Shown one piece after another: positions 47,263 to 59,219 of a DNA stretch of 64,000 bases; position 1 is the stretch's first letter; each line of letters starts with the position of its first letter. This DNA comes from a plasmid. The stretch lies in the sequence record NZ_CP106961.1. One strand, given 5' to 3'. Position numbers and translations under genes: made by a program. Below the pieces are notes generated by a model. It saw nothing but the letters and a program-made list of their open reading frames with translations, searched no databases and was not told the DNA's origin.

Positions 47263-47504
47263 CAAAAAGCCGCAATGATGAACACTGCGGCTAATAATGT
47301 TGTCTTTTTATATTAAACACCTTCAGACTAAAGGTGCTGAGGTCTCACCCAGGCACAGAAGTTAGGGCTTCTATGGGGTTCATCCACCAACTATTGCACC
47401 CTAATGCAGTTGGCTTCCCGCTCAAAAATAATATTACGCTAATATAAGTTAGTGTCAACCATGATGAATGGCTTGCGTAAAGAGGTTTAGTGCGCCTGCT
47501 CATG

Positions 47505-49184
47505 CTAACGCGGAGAAGGTGGCTTCCAGTCGTTACGTGGCTCATGTGAGATGTATGCCGGTGTATTCTGCTCCGCCTCTGCGTTACGGAAAAACGCTTC
47601 GCACTGCTCACGCATTCTGTCCACATCCGGTCGGCTGATACGGACCTGATCCTCTTCTCCCGCACGGTACACATTATACCAGCCCACCATCTCAGCAAGC
47701 GCCTGGTTAAACTGTATGTCATTCCCTTCCGGAGCAAAGCCCATCTTCGGGTCCCTGGCGAAAAGCACAGGGGATACCCGGTTTAGCTCACGCTGAAGGG
47801 ACGCAAAATCACTGCCGTTTCTGAACACCACCCGATCGCCGTAATCGGTACAGACGTGCTGCCCGGTATCAGTATCGCTGAACCGGATGCTGCCGTTTTT
47901 CTGTAAGGCAGGCTTAAGGCCTGGCATATTGTAGTACAGCGGTGCGCTTCCCGGTTCGCAAAGCACCACGCAACGCTGGTTGGACGTCGACTGCGTATTA
48001 TCATGACGACGATCCCGGTAATCCCATCCCCTCAGCTGCGATATCGCAGCCCTGTCACCTTTCAGCGCTTCCACTTCAACCCACTGCCGGTAAGACGGCG
48101 GATACCATTTCCCCTGCCCGATAAGCTCCAGTCGTTCCGCTTTCACACTCTCTTTCAGCGCAATGAGTGCCTGCATGCGCTGCAGCTCCGCAATGTGATA
48201 ATGCAGCTTCCGCACGAGAGGATCGCGTTGCTGTGCGCGGATACGTGCCTTACGCATCCTGCACTCGTCATGTATCGCCTGCCAGCGTTCCCGGTTGTGT
48301 AAGTCCGGACGCTGCCAGTTCGCGCGCCAGGCTGAATAGCGGGCCTTCAGATCGTCGCGCGCTGCAGCGCGTGCTTCGCGACGCTGACGACGCAGTTCAG
48401 GATCACGTTTCATGCCCGGGATATCGCGGTCGCTGACGGCAAGCTCAGGGTTATAACGGCTCACCGGCGCAACGCGTTCAAAAATATCTGACGGCACACG
48501 AACAAACGCACCGGCATGCGGCTCTGCACGTACAAGCGTCAGATCAGGATGGACATGGCTTGCTTTAACCGGCGTCTGGTCGTGGTTATATGCGTCCATA
48601 ACCACCAGGCCCTGCTTCTCACGCATCAACAGTAATCCCTGACGCGCCAGCAGTTCATGACCGCGCTCCCAGGTGAAATTCCCGCTGCTGATAAGCGCCT
48701 CTAAATCCTGACGGCAGTGTGATACCGCATAGCTCCACAGGCTTTCTTTGTCGGAGAAAATCTCACGTTTAAGCGCGCCCTGCGGACCCGAACCGGTGCG
48801 CAGTTTTGCCCATTCCCGATCGCTGACCGGGCGGGCTTTCAGTCCTCCGCCGGCAAAACGTTCCGCCGGAGGGACCTGGCGGAAAATGTCATGAGGAACA
48901 GGCTGCCACCCACCTTCATAGCTGTTCATGACCGCTTTCGTCAGGGCTGGCCAGACACGTTCAGCGCGTACGGGCGTACGCGTCTGATCGTAACCGTCAC
49001 AGATAACAAGGCAGTCATGCTGCTCTTTCAGGTACAGACCGGAATGTGCCAGAAGCGTATGAACAGCCTGCATGGTGCGTTGCGCCGGGTCCTGATAAAG
49101 TGCGATAAGTGGCGCGCGCAGACGGGAGACAGCGTACTCATTCAGCGTCTCCGTTTCGGTCATGCGTCCAGGGCGGGACAGCAT
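47505..49184 (-). CDS. Hypothetical 559-aa protein with a ~100-aa internal tandem duplication, probably 5'-truncated by IS911; possibly the C-terminal region of a conjugation/mobilisation-associated protein
   Basis: Internal repeats were read from the sequence ([23 protein letters not shown]… / [23 protein letters not shown]…). The ATG lies 8-10 bp from the IS911 truncation point, with no SD upstream. Confidence 0.45.
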   Translation of the reverse strand: MLSRPGRMTETETLNEYAVSRLRAPLIALYQDPAQRTMQAVHTLLAHSGLYLKEQHDCLVICDGYDQTRTPVRAERVWPALTKAVMNSYEGGWQPVPHDIFRQVPPAERFAGGGLKARPVSDREWAKLRTGSGPQGALKREIFSDKESLWSYAVSHCRQDLEALISSGNFTWERGHELLARQGLLLMREKQGLVVMDAYNHDQTPVKASHVHPDLTLVRAEPHAGAFVRVPSDIFERVAPVSRYNPELAVSDRDIPGMKRDPELRRQRREARAAARDDLKARYSAWRANWQRPDLHNRERWQAIHDECRMRKARIRAQQRDPLVRKLHYHIAELQRMQALIALKESVKAERLELIGQGKWYPPSYRQWVEVEALKGDRAAISQLRGWDYRDRRHDNTQSTSNQRCVVLCEPGSAPLYYNMPGLKPALQKNGSIRFSDTDTGQHVCTDYGDRVVFRNGSDFASLQRELNRVSPVLFARDPKMGFAPEGNDIQFNQALAEMVGWYNVYRAGEEDQVRISRPDVDRMREQCEAFFRNAEAEQNTPAYISHEPRNDWKPPSPR

Positions 49185-49193
49185 GGTAACGGT

Positions 49194-49914
<721 letters not shown>

Positions 49915-49995
49915 ACCACAACAATGATTCTCCTCAAGCCATTTATCAAATCGTTCAGCTTCAATATCCAGCAACTGGTCTTTCACGCTTCCCAT
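49915..49995 (-). pseudogene. 5' end (27 codons, MGSVKDQLLDIEAERFDKWLEENHCCG…) of a gene interrupted by IS911
   Basis: The minus-strand ORF starts at 49995 and runs straight into the IS911 terminus. Confidence 0.4.
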
Positions 49996-50069
49996 AACAC
50001 CTGCACCTCTCTGTGTGGTCCTCTAAATGAGAAATCCCGCCTGTTCACAGCTTTCCTTACGGCCTGCTG

Positions 50070-50393
50070 CTATAAAAGATCCATATACCATGCCGCTTCA
50101 TCAGGGCAGCTCAAATCGAGCTCAAACGCTCCTTCAGGAAGCGTACGGGATTTATAACCGCCGTCAGAATACTGAAAGGCCCACTCTTTCATATCCGGAG
50201 CATCGAGGCGGCTGGCCATTTCCTCGTATATCCCATTCTCCTCATCGAGAAGCACAAGAAGAGTTTCCCCCTGCGTATTTATCGTACGGTATAGCCATAC
50301 TTTCTGGCAGCCATAACCTGAAAGCATTTCCAGAATTGAAGAAGGTGAAACGCTGTTGCCCTGATTGATGTATGTCGTTGTGTTACTCATAAT
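50070..50393 (-). CDS. Hypothetical 107-aa protein (MSNTTTYINQGNSV…), possibly immunity-like
   Basis: ORF with an AAGGAA RBS. A downstream partner gene is disrupted by IS911. The family assignment is speculative. Confidence 0.4.
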   Translation of the reverse strand: MMSNTTTYINQGNSVSPSSILEMLSGYGCQKVWLYRTINTQGETLLVLLDEENGIYEEMASRLDAPDMKEWAFQYSDGGYKSRTLPEGAFELDLSCPDEAAWYMDLL

Positions 50394-51202
50394 TGATTTC
50401 CTTATCGTAAGCTTTCTACTAATTACTGTATTTATCATCATCTGCGTAACATTCCATTGTCCGCCTAAAATGATTAGCAAGATAACAGTACCATCCCGCA
50501 ATTACCGGATGCACCAATCCCGAAATTCCGAAAAATCGATAATAGCAGGGTTTCCGGAAGCGAGAAGGAAAGCTGTATCAGTACAGCCCCGACAGGCGGG
50601 TCAGGAATTGGGAGGGAGGAGTGTTACTAACTTATTATAATATAGCACATATTTAATCTTTTTTTCAAAAATATGCGCAGAAAATCGCCGTGATCCGGGA
50701 CTGCCTTTTTTCGGATCCCGGATGACAAAACGCATGATATTTCCTGTAAATGCAATTATTCATAACATTTATATTCATATATGTTAAAAGTGCGAAATTA
50801 GCATCAGTTGTTGGTTATTATTAAGATTTCAGCAACAAACCGTATCCCACCCGCTTCGTTAAAAAAACCGAAGGTCATCAGAAGCGCTCACTGATCGTTC
50901 CGGGCTGAGACGGTGGCAGCGTCACGGGTAATGTCTCTATTTTATTGGTCGTGAGGAAGGCCGGATAATGGCCAAACTAAGAAGCCATAGCATTGGGGGC
51001 AGCCTGCTGATCTGGTATGATCGAGCAGAGGCTCATCTCAATGAGCAATCCCCGCAACAAATTTTTTCGGGGTGCAACAGACCCTTTAGTGTCCAGGCCT
51101 GAAAAAAAAGAAAGCACGGTCTCTGAGAGACTACGGTCCTTACGCAACCATACCGGTTAGCGAGCTTTATATTTTCATTATGACTATCTGTATAACAGGG
51201 GA

Positions 51203-52117
51203 ATGAATGTGATTAAAAAAATATGCGAAGTGATTGATGGAGAGTATGTCTGTGACATTGATATCAGTGTGGAAGAATGGAAAACTTTATTAACAAATGA
51301 TAAAGTTTTTGACACAAAAAGTATTGCAGCGTTAAAAAAATGGTTTATTGAGCCAAATCATTCCTGCACATGCTTCGATATTGGTAAGAAGTACGACCTG
51401 CACAGCATGAGTGCTAATGGAGTCATAAACGGACTGGGTGGCAGAGTTCAAAAAGAACTTGGTAGATTCGAGGTTAAAGGTGTCGGAAATATCGCATCCG
51501 GTACAAAATTCATTACCGTAATGAAGAGTAAAGAAATCGGCGGAAAACCCAAAAGAAACTTATGGACAATTCGTGAGGAACTTGTTCAGGCAATTAACGA
51601 ACTGGATTTTTTTGGTACAACAGAAATGGCCAGCAGTGAGTATTACTCTGACGATGAGTTGATCAATGCCATAGAGAAAAGTAATATCTTTGACAACGTT
51701 CAGACGTTTGAATATACAGGGGAAGCCAAACCAAAGAAAAATGCAATAGAAGTAAAAAATGGCCTCTCGTATCCCAGGAGTAAAGGCGTATCCCAAAATG
51801 CGCTGAATAAAGCAGGTTACAGATGTGAAGTCGATAGTGACCACCCAACATTCAGAAGGCGAAATTCATCCTTAAATTACACAGAACCTCATCACATTGT
51901 ACCTATGTCCAGGCAAGATGCTTTTGACACATCTCTTGATGTTGAAGAAAATATCATATCTCTGTGTTGCAATTGCCATAAACAAATTCACCTTGGTCAG
52001 GGTTATGAAGATATGCTGAAAGAAATATACACTGCGCGAAAAAGGTTATTAAAAAAAGTTGGTATTGATATATCACTGGAAAACTTGATTCTTTATTACA
52101 AAATGGAAAGTAAGTGA
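51203..52117 (+). CDS. McrA-like HNH endonuclease (putative modification-dependent/type IV restriction or defence nuclease) with a divergent ~230-aa N-terminal domain
   Basis: C-terminal motif YTEPHHIVPMS…ENIISLCCNCHKQIH…MLKEIY parallels E. coli McrA (YLEVHHVIPLS…NCVALCPNCHRELH…LIEMLY). The gene lies in an AT-rich island. An alternative GTG start is at 51209. Confidence 0.65.
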   Translation: MNVIKKICEVIDGEYVCDIDISVEEWKTLLTNDKVFDTKSIAALKKWFIEPNHSCTCFDIGKKYDLHSMSANGVINGLGGRVQKELGRFEVKGVGNIASGTKFITVMKSKEIGGKPKRNLWTIREELVQAINELDFFGTTEMASSEYYSDDELINAIEKSNIFDNVQTFEYTGEAKPKKNAIEVKNGLSYPRSKGVSQNALNKAGYRCEVDSDHPTFRRRNSSLNYTEPHHIVPMSRQDAFDTSLDVEENIISLCCNCHKQIHLGQGYEDMLKEIYTARKRLLKKVGIDISLENLILYYKMESK

Positions 52118-52524
52118 GATTCAAACGAGAGTGATACCTTCGTTTTATTGGTCGGGATGAACAGCAGATGATGTTTCCGGCAAGTATCGGGTCCAGAAAC
52201 TTTCTGTTAAAAAAGAGGTAAAAGTAGTCTTGAGCCCTGACTGCGAATTGCCATTGCGCATGACCAGAGAACAGGACGAACCCCTGCCAAACCCAGGCAT
52301 GAGAAACACCTTTAAAACATAGACTTAATTAAAATCAGCAATTCCCATCGAAATAATAAGCAAGCAGAATTGGCTCAGGTGAATTTCACTCGGTGCAGTG
52401 CATGCGTTGGGGGGGGTAAAAGGAAAAACCCGAAATGAATCGGGTTTTGATTAATTAACGATTAACAGGTTCCCGTGCCCGGGAACACTCTGACTGTACG
52501 CGCAATATATTATTTCCGCAATCA

Positions 52525-52875
52525 TTATTTTTGATTACCAAGCCATTTATTCATCTGCTCAATTTCACCTTTTTGAGCTTTAATGATGTCCTGCGCGAGC
52601 TTTCTCATTTCCGGATCTTTTCCGTATTTTAGCTCGGTCTCAGCCATTGCTATTGCCCCTTCATGGTGTGCTACCATGCCTTTCGCAAAAGCCTTGTCGG
52701 GATCGGACTCTTTTACAGCGGCCATCATTTTGTCATGCATACCTTTCATGCCGGACATATATTCCTGTGACGATGCCGATGAGGATATATCTGACATTTT
52801 CATTTCTGAATGTTCTGCGGAAATCGCTGGCAGGGAAAACATCAGTATAACAAAAAGCGAATTTGTGATTTTCAT
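52525..52875 (-). CDS. DUF305-family periplasmic protein (metal-resistance-associated)
   Basis: 116-aa ORF with a signal peptide and a His/Met-containing DUF305-like sequence (…AFAKGMVAHHEGAIAMAETELKYGKDPEMRKLAQDII). Confidence 0.65.
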   Translation of the reverse strand: MKITNSLFVILMFSLPAISAEHSEMKMSDISSSASSQEYMSGMKGMHDKMMAAVKESDPDKAFAKGMVAHHEGAIAMAETELKYGKDPEMRKLAQDIIKAQKGEIEQMNKWLGNQK

Positions 52876-52942
52876 ATAATAAACCCTTTCAGATGGTTAC
52901 CGGATAAGTTTAGCTGAGTCAGACAAAAAAGCCCCCTGAAGG

Positions 52943-52970
52943 GGGCAAAAAATAACAACATATCCGTATA
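52943..52970. terminator. Bidirectional terminator (aaaaaagccccctgaagggggcaaaaaat) downstream of silE
   Basis: Read directly. Confidence 0.6.
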
Positions 52971-53020
52971 AGGGACAATCTATCAAGGAAAGGGTAACCG
53001 CACGGAAACTTCAGTTGTCA

Positions 53021-53452
53021 TCAGCCCGCATTGATCATGCGGCGGTGTGCATCAGCCATAGCCTGATGGGGGCCGGACTGACCGTTATTCGTAAATTCAT
53101 GGGCAACAGCTGCTCTTTCATGTTCATTCATCGCCGCAAACGAAGTCGCCGGACGGGAAGCGTTAACGGTGCCAGTTCCCATCATCTTCTGATGACTTTC
53201 CGCCATTTTTTTATGTGCATCTGCTGAACCATTGTTCATGGTTTCATGAACAATAATAGCCTGTTCATGCTGATCCATACCGGCCATCCGTGGAGCTGCC
53301 CCCTGGATGGCGGCTGGAGTTGAAGAAGACTGCATCTGATGGGCCGGAGCCTGAGCATTATTGACACGCTCATGGATATTTACAGTTTCAGTGGCCCAGG
53401 CCGTAGAAATTAAGCTCAAACCTAACACTGATGCTAAGACGATATTTTTCAT
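53021..53452 (-). CDS. silE: Periplasmic silver-binding protein SilE
   Basis: The 143-aa ORF from MKNIVLASVLGL… is His/Met-rich and matches SilE. Confidence 0.9.
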   Translation of the reverse strand: MKNIVLASVLGLSLISTAWATETVNIHERVNNAQAPAHQMQSSSTPAAIQGAAPRMAGMDQHEQAIIVHETMNNGSADAHKKMAESHQKMMGTGTVNASRPATSFAAMNEHERAAVAHEFTNNGQSGPHQAMADAHRRMINAG

Positions 53453-53697
53453 GGTAACTCTCCATTTCTGAATTAGTGATGTCCGTGAATTTCGATCTGT
53501 GTCCTCAGTAGTACAACTGACAACTCTACAGACCTTATTCCGCCGGGATGAGGCTTTAATACAACTCCTGGCTTGTGCTGATGCCGTGTATGGATGAAGT
53601 AATAATGCCTTCCTGATAAGTTGCACTAATTATATCGAATGGCTTCTGTTTGCTGCATGACAGGCTAATGACATCTTTGTCATTTAAATCTTTATTC

Positions 53698-55173
53698 TCA
53701 GTACTGGGTTTCCGGAATCATTTTCTCCAGTCTGGGCACGGATAGGATAAAACGAGTTGAACGTACGTCCGATTCCACCTGCACTCTTCCGTGATGTGCT
53801 TCCACGATGGACTTCACAATCGCAAGGCCGATGCCGCTGCCTTCTCCTTTTCGTTGTCTGGACGGATCTACCCGATAAAAACGGTCAAACAGCCTTGATA
53901 AATGCTCTTCAGGGATTGGTTTCCCCGGATTTTCAATCACAAGGTCAAAAAAGCTCTCCTGCTCTCTTATTGAGACGGTGATTGCCTGTCCCTCCGGGGT
54001 ATAACGCAGGGCATTGGATAACAGATTATTGATCGCCCTTCTGAACATTTGTGGATCTCCCTCAACCAGGCAGGGCATCCCGTTAAATTTGAGCGTGATA
54101 TTGCGTTCTTCGGCCCAGGCTTCGAAAAACTCGAAGACTTTCATGACTTCCGCTCTGAGGTCAAACATGACCCTGTCAGGTATCAGCTGATTATTATCTG
54201 CCTGTGCCAGGAACAGCATATCGCTGACCATTTTGGTCATCCGGTTATACTCTTCAAGACTGGAATAGAGGACATCCTCAAGTTCCCTCTGGGTTCGATC
54301 CTGACTCAGTGCGATTTCAGTCTGCGTCACCAGATTGGTGATGGGCGTTCTGATCTCATGCGCGATATCGGCAGAGAAATTGGCCTGGCGGGTAAAGACA
54401 TCCTCAATCTTTCCAATCATATGATTGAACGAGATAACCAGTTGCTCCAGCTCAATGGGAACGCGTGTCGGTTCCAGTCGCGCATCAAGATTCTCGGAGG
54501 TGATGTTTTTAATGGCATTGCTGACATTACGAAGGGGCAGGTGCCCCTGACGGACAGCGATTCGAATGATCAGAACAATCAACAGGCTTATCACGACGGC
54601 AATCGCAATCAGGTTCTTTTTCAGCGCATCGAGGTAATGGAGATGGAAATTAATGGATAGGCCAGTCAGCATGACATAGTTCTGCTGTTTGCCCTGAAAT
54701 ATCGCCTGACCAGAGGAGGCGATAATCCTGTATGTTTCCATCTTCATTTCGGACCCGGTATCCATCGGTCCCGCAGGATCCTCCACCGTCCAGAGAAAGA
54801 CATCCCGTGCGCGGCTGTGCTCGCTAAAATCTGCTGAATTCACTGCCGGGCGTAGTGCCGCCCCCTGAGCTGAGCTAAAGAGCACTTCACCCCTGGGATT
54901 GAGGAGCAAAAGGGCAACGTTGCGGTAGCTGGCAATTGATTCCTTTATTTTGCTTATTTTTTTATCATCCGGATCCACCGGGGACTGCAGTATACGGTTC
55001 AGTGTGGTGCTGATTTGTTGAAGATCGCTGACATCCTGCTCGGCAAAATGATTTTCAACAGAATGCAGCATAAACCAGGTGAAGGCGATAAAAGCCAGTA
55101 TCGTGGACAGGCTGATAAAAAAGGTCAGCCGCAGAGCGAGTGAGAAAGGGCGTCTGGAAGGTTTGCTATGCAT
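53698..55173 (-). CDS. silS: Two-component sensor histidine kinase SilS
   Basis: 491-aa ORF with a HisKA/HATPase domain (…HEIRTPITN…), CusS-like. Confidence 0.9.
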   Translation of the reverse strand: MHSKPSRRPFSLALRLTFFISLSTILAFIAFTWFMLHSVENHFAEQDVSDLQQISTTLNRILQSPVDPDDKKISKIKESIASYRNVALLLLNPRGEVLFSSAQGAALRPAVNSADFSEHSRARDVFLWTVEDPAGPMDTGSEMKMETYRIIASSGQAIFQGKQQNYVMLTGLSINFHLHYLDALKKNLIAIAVVISLLIVLIIRIAVRQGHLPLRNVSNAIKNITSENLDARLEPTRVPIELEQLVISFNHMIGKIEDVFTRQANFSADIAHEIRTPITNLVTQTEIALSQDRTQRELEDVLYSSLEEYNRMTKMVSDMLFLAQADNNQLIPDRVMFDLRAEVMKVFEFFEAWAEERNITLKFNGMPCLVEGDPQMFRRAINNLLSNALRYTPEGQAITVSIREQESFFDLVIENPGKPIPEEHLSRLFDRFYRVDPSRQRKGEGSGIGLAIVKSIVEAHHGRVQVESDVRSTRFILSVPRLEKMIPETQY

Positions 55174-55846
55174 CCGGGACCTCCAGCATGTAGCCCACGC
55201 CCCGGACTGTCTGGATCAGCTTTGTCTCGTAATCGTTGTCTATTTTAGCGCGGAGTCGCTTTACTGCGACATCGATCGCATTAGTGTCGCTGTCAAAATT
55301 CATGTCCCAGACCTGAGAGGCAATCAGGGAGCGGGGAAGAACCTCTCCCTGATGGCGAATGAAAAATTCCAGCAGGCTGAACTCTTTACTGGTGAGCACA
55401 ATGCGGTTTCCGGCGCGACTGACTTTTCTGGATACGAGATCAATCGAGAGGTCAGCCACCTTAAACTGGCTTTCCGTGATCATCGTGTTTCCCCGCCTCA
55501 GAAGGGTTCTCACCCGGGCGAGCAGTTCGGCAAACGCAAAGGGTTTAACCAGATAATCGTCCGCACCCAGTTCCAGTCCTTTGACCCTATGTTCGATCGT
55601 GCCGAGGGCTGTCAGCAGTAAGACCGGCATACCCTTTCCGGCAGTGCGCAGCATGCGGATGATATCCCAGCCGTTCACATCAGGTAGCATGATATCCAGA
55701 ATGACTAAATCATACTCGGCTGTCATGGCGAGATGATATCCGGTAAGACCATTATCAGCGTGATCCACTACGAACCCTGCCTCTGTAAGCCCTTTGCTGA
55801 GATATTCACCTGTTTTAATTTCGTCTTCGACGATCAATATTTTCAT
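55166..55846 (-). CDS. silR: Response regulator SilR (OmpR family)
   Basis: 226-aa ORF (MKILIVEDE…), overlapping silS. Confidence 0.9.
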   Translation of the reverse strand: MKILIVEDEIKTGEYLSKGLTEAGFVVDHADNGLTGYHLAMTAEYDLVILDIMLPDVNGWDIIRMLRTAGKGMPVLLLTALGTIEHRVKGLELGADDYLVKPFAFAELLARVRTLLRRGNTMITESQFKVADLSIDLVSRKVSRAGNRIVLTSKEFSLLEFFIRHQGEVLPRSLIASQVWDMNFDSDTNAIDVAVKRLRAKIDNDYETKLIQTVRGVGYMLEVPDA

Positions 55847-56035
55847 CTTGCTCCCCGGCTGGCTGCTAATGTCATTCTATTGCGCCCACGATCGTTATCA
55901 ACGGATTACAGCAAAAATGACAACATTGTCATTATCCTGTCACTCGGCAAACAGAGAGCGTTAGGTAAAGTACCCCTATCAATACTCTGGACTTCATTTG
56001 AACCATTTACCAGGTCTGCCTGGACGAGAAGCGTT

Positions 56036-57421
56036 ATGTTCAAATTAAAATTACTCAGCATTAGCACGATATTCATCCTGGCAGGCTGCGTGTCGCTTGC
56101 GCCTGAATATCAGCGGCCCGCAGCACCGGTACCCCAGCAGTTTTCACTGTCCCATAACAGCCTGACGCCAGCGGTAAATGGCTATCAGGATACGGGCTGG
56201 CGTAACTTTTTTGTCGATCCCCAGGTTACCCGGTTGATCGGTGAAGCTCTGACTAATAACCGTGATTTGAGAATGGCTGCCCTGAAGGTTGAAGAGGCCC
56301 GAGCCCAGTTCAACGTCACGGATGCAGATCGTTATCCCCAGCTGAATGCCTCATCCGGGATAACATACAGCGGTGGTCTGAAAGGTGACAAGCCGACCAC
56401 ACAGGAGTACGACGCGAGACTGGAGCTCAGCTATGAGCTCGATTTTTTCGGCAAACTTAAGAACATGAGTGATGCTGACCGCCAGAACTACTTTGCCAGC
56501 GAAGAAGCCCGTCGGGCCGTACACATCCTGCTGGTCTCCAACGTTTCACAGAGCTATTTCAGCCAGCAACTGGCGTACGAACAACTCCGTATTGCGCGGG
56601 AAACGCTGAAAAATTATGAACAGTCCTATGCTTTCGTTGAGCAACAGCTCGTGACCGGGAGTACGAACGTTCTGGCACTTGAACAGGCGAGAGGACAAAT
56701 CGAAAGTACCCGCGCCGAAATAGCCAAACGAGAAGGCGATCTGGCTCAGGCAAACAATGCCCTGCAACTGGTGCTGGGAACGTACCGCGCACTTCCGTCA
56801 GAAAAAGGGATGAAAGGCGGGGAGATCGCACCAGTAAAATTGCCACCAAATCTATCTTCACAAATTTTGCTGCAGCGACCGGATATTATGGAAGCGGAAT
56901 ATCAGCTGAAAGCGGCTGATGCCAATATTGGCGCAGCGCGAGCGGCCTTTTTCCCCTCCATTACCCTGACCAGTGGTCTTTCCGCAAGCAGTACGGAGCT
57001 GTCCAGCCTGTTTACGTCAGGAAGTGGAATGTGGAATTTTATCCCTAAAATTGAAATTCCTATTTTTAATGCTGGCAGGAATAAAGCCAATCTGAAGCTG
57101 GCTGAAATTCGCCAGCAACAATCGGTGGTTAATTACGAACAAAAAATTCAGTCAGCCTTTAAGGATGTTTCCGACACGCTTGCGCTGCGCGACAGCCTTA
57201 GCCAGCAACTTGAGTCACAGCAGCGTTATCTTGATTCACTTCAGATAACTCTCCAGCGTGCCAGAGGATTATATGCAAGTGGTGCTGTCAGTTACATCGA
57301 AGTGCTGGATGCAGAACGTTCCCTCTTCGCTACGCAGCAAACCATTCTCGATCTTACCTATTCCCGACAGGTTAACGAAATTAATCTGTTTACCGCGCTG
57401 GGTGGCGGTTGGGTAGAGTAA
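56036..57421 (+). CDS. silC: Outer-membrane efflux lipoprotein SilC (CusC-like)
   Basis: The start is set at MFKLKLLSISTIFILAGC (lipobox). The protein is 461 aa. Confidence 0.9.
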   Translation: MFKLKLLSISTIFILAGCVSLAPEYQRPAAPVPQQFSLSHNSLTPAVNGYQDTGWRNFFVDPQVTRLIGEALTNNRDLRMAALKVEEARAQFNVTDADRYPQLNASSGITYSGGLKGDKPTTQEYDARLELSYELDFFGKLKNMSDADRQNYFASEEARRAVHILLVSNVSQSYFSQQLAYEQLRIARETLKNYEQSYAFVEQQLVTGSTNVLALEQARGQIESTRAEIAKREGDLAQANNALQLVLGTYRALPSEKGMKGGEIAPVKLPPNLSSQILLQRPDIMEAEYQLKAADANIGAARAAFFPSITLTSGLSASSTELSSLFTSGSGMWNFIPKIEIPIFNAGRNKANLKLAEIRQQQSVVNYEQKIQSAFKDVSDTLALRDSLSQQLESQQRYLDSLQITLQRARGLYASGAVSYIEVLDAERSLFATQQTILDLTYSRQVNEINLFTALGGGWVE

Positions 57422-57449
57422 ATTTATTTAATTAATCAGGAAATTAAAA

Positions 57450-57803
57450 ATGCGTAATTCACTTAAAGCCGTTTTATTTGGTGCCTTCTCTGTCATGTTT
57501 TCTGCCGGTCTTCATGCTGAAACACATCAGCATGGCGATATGAATGCTGCCAGTGATGCTTCGGTACAGCAGGTTATCAAGGGCACCGGTGTCGTTAAAG
57601 ACATTGATATGAATAGTAAAAAGATTACCATTTCGCACGAAGCAATCCCTGCTGTGGGCTGGCCTGCAATGACCATGCGCTTCACTTTTGTTAATGCAGA
57701 CGACGCTATCAATGCCCTGAAAACCGGCAACCATGTCGATTTCTCGTTTATTCAGCAGGGCAATATCTCCTTACTCAAAAGCATTAACGTTACGCAATCC
57801 TGA
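57450..57803 (+). CDS. silF: Periplasmic metallochaperone SilF (CusF-like)
   Basis: 117-aa ORF with a signal peptide. Confidence 0.9.
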   Translation: MRNSLKAVLFGAFSVMFSAGLHAETHQHGDMNAASDASVQQVIKGTGVVKDIDMNSKKITISHEAIPAVGWPAMTMRFTFVNADDAINALKTGNHVDFSFIQQGNISLLKSINVTQS

Positions 57804-57916
57804 TTATCAGTCCGGAGCGAATACATCCAGTGCGCCTGAACATTCATTAAGGGATTACTGTGAATGAATGATCGGGCGCATATGCCAGGTGTTTTGATTT
57901 TTCAGCGAGAAATTGT

Positions 57917-59209
57917 ATGGCTTCTTTAAAGATAAAATATGCTGCAATAATTATCAGCAGCCTCATAGCAGGAGGGCTGATATCGGTTACTGCCTGGCAG
58001 TATGTAAACTCATCACAAAAAACAGTACAAACCGAACAAAAGGCACCGGAGCGAAAGGTACTTTTCTGGTATGACCCGATGAAACCGGATACCAAATTTG
58101 ATAAACCCGGAAAATCTCCCTTTATGGATATGGACCTGGTGCCAAAATATGCTGATGAAAGCGGCGATAAAAGCAGTGGCGGGATCCGTATCGATCCAAC
58201 GCAGGTTCAGAATCTGGGATTAAAAACGCAAAAAGTCACGCGAGGAATGCTGAATTATTCTCAGACAATCCCGGCTAATGTCAGTTACAACGAGTATCAG
58301 TTTGTCATTGTGCAGGCGCGCTCTGACGGTTTCGTCGAAAAAGTGTATCCCCTGACGATTGGCGATCATGTGAAGAAAGGCACTCCGCTTATCGATATCA
58401 CCATTCCTGAATGGGTTGAGGCACAAAGTGAGTTCCTGCTGTTATCCGGTACAGGCGGTACGTCAACCCAGATAAAAGGGGTTCTGGAGCGACTTCGTCT
58501 GGCTGGTATGCCGGAAGAGGATATTCAAAGGCTGCGTTCAACCCGCACAATCCAGACCCGTTTTACCATTAAAGCACCTATTGATGGTGTCATTACTGCG
58601 TTTGACCTGCGCACCGGAATGAATATTTCGAAAGATAAAGTAGTGGCTCAGATTCAGGGGATGGACCCGGTCTGGATCAGCGCTGCAGTGCCAGAATCTA
58701 TCGCATATCTGCTGAAAGATACGTCGCAGTTTGAAATTTCGGTACCGGCTTATCCGGATAAAACATTCCATGTCGAAAAATGGAACATTCTTCCCAGCGT
58801 GGATCAGACAACCCGTACGCTTCAGGTCCGTCTCCAGGTTTCTAATAAGGATGAGTTTCTCAAGCCGGGCATGAATGCCTATCTGAAACTGAATACCAGG
58901 AGCCAGGAGATGCTGCTGATACCAAGCCAGGCCGTTATCGATACCGGCAAAGAACAGCGCGTGATTACTGTTGATGATGAAGGCAAGTTTGTGCCGAAAC
59001 AGATCCACGTTCTGCATGAATCACAGCAACAGTCCGGCATTGGCTCCGGCCTGAATGAAGGCGATACCGTGGTGGTCAGTGGCCTGTTCCTCATTGACTC
59101 CGAAGCCAATATTACGGGCGCGCTGGAACGTATGCGCCACCCTGAAAAAACAGAAAACAGTATGCCAGCAATGTCTGAGCAGCCTGTAAATATGCATTCA
59201 GGGCACTGA
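57917..59209 (+). CDS. silB: Membrane fusion protein SilB (CusB-like)
   Basis: 430-aa ORF. Confidence 0.9.
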   Translation: MASLKIKYAAIIISSLIAGGLISVTAWQYVNSSQKTVQTEQKAPERKVLFWYDPMKPDTKFDKPGKSPFMDMDLVPKYADESGDKSSGGIRIDPTQVQNLGLKTQKVTRGMLNYSQTIPANVSYNEYQFVIVQARSDGFVEKVYPLTIGDHVKKGTPLIDITIPEWVEAQSEFLLLSGTGGTSTQIKGVLERLRLAGMPEEDIQRLRSTRTIQTRFTIKAPIDGVITAFDLRTGMNISKDKVVAQIQGMDPVWISAAVPESIAYLLKDTSQFEISVPAYPDKTFHVEKWNILPSVDQTTRTLQVRLQVSNKDEFLKPGMNAYLKLNTRSQEMLLIPSQAVIDTGKEQRVITVDDEGKFVPKQIHVLHESQQQSGIGSGLNEGDTVVVSGLFLIDSEANITGALERMRHPEKTENSMPAMSEQPVNMHSGH

Positions 59210-59219
59210 GGAGACGACG

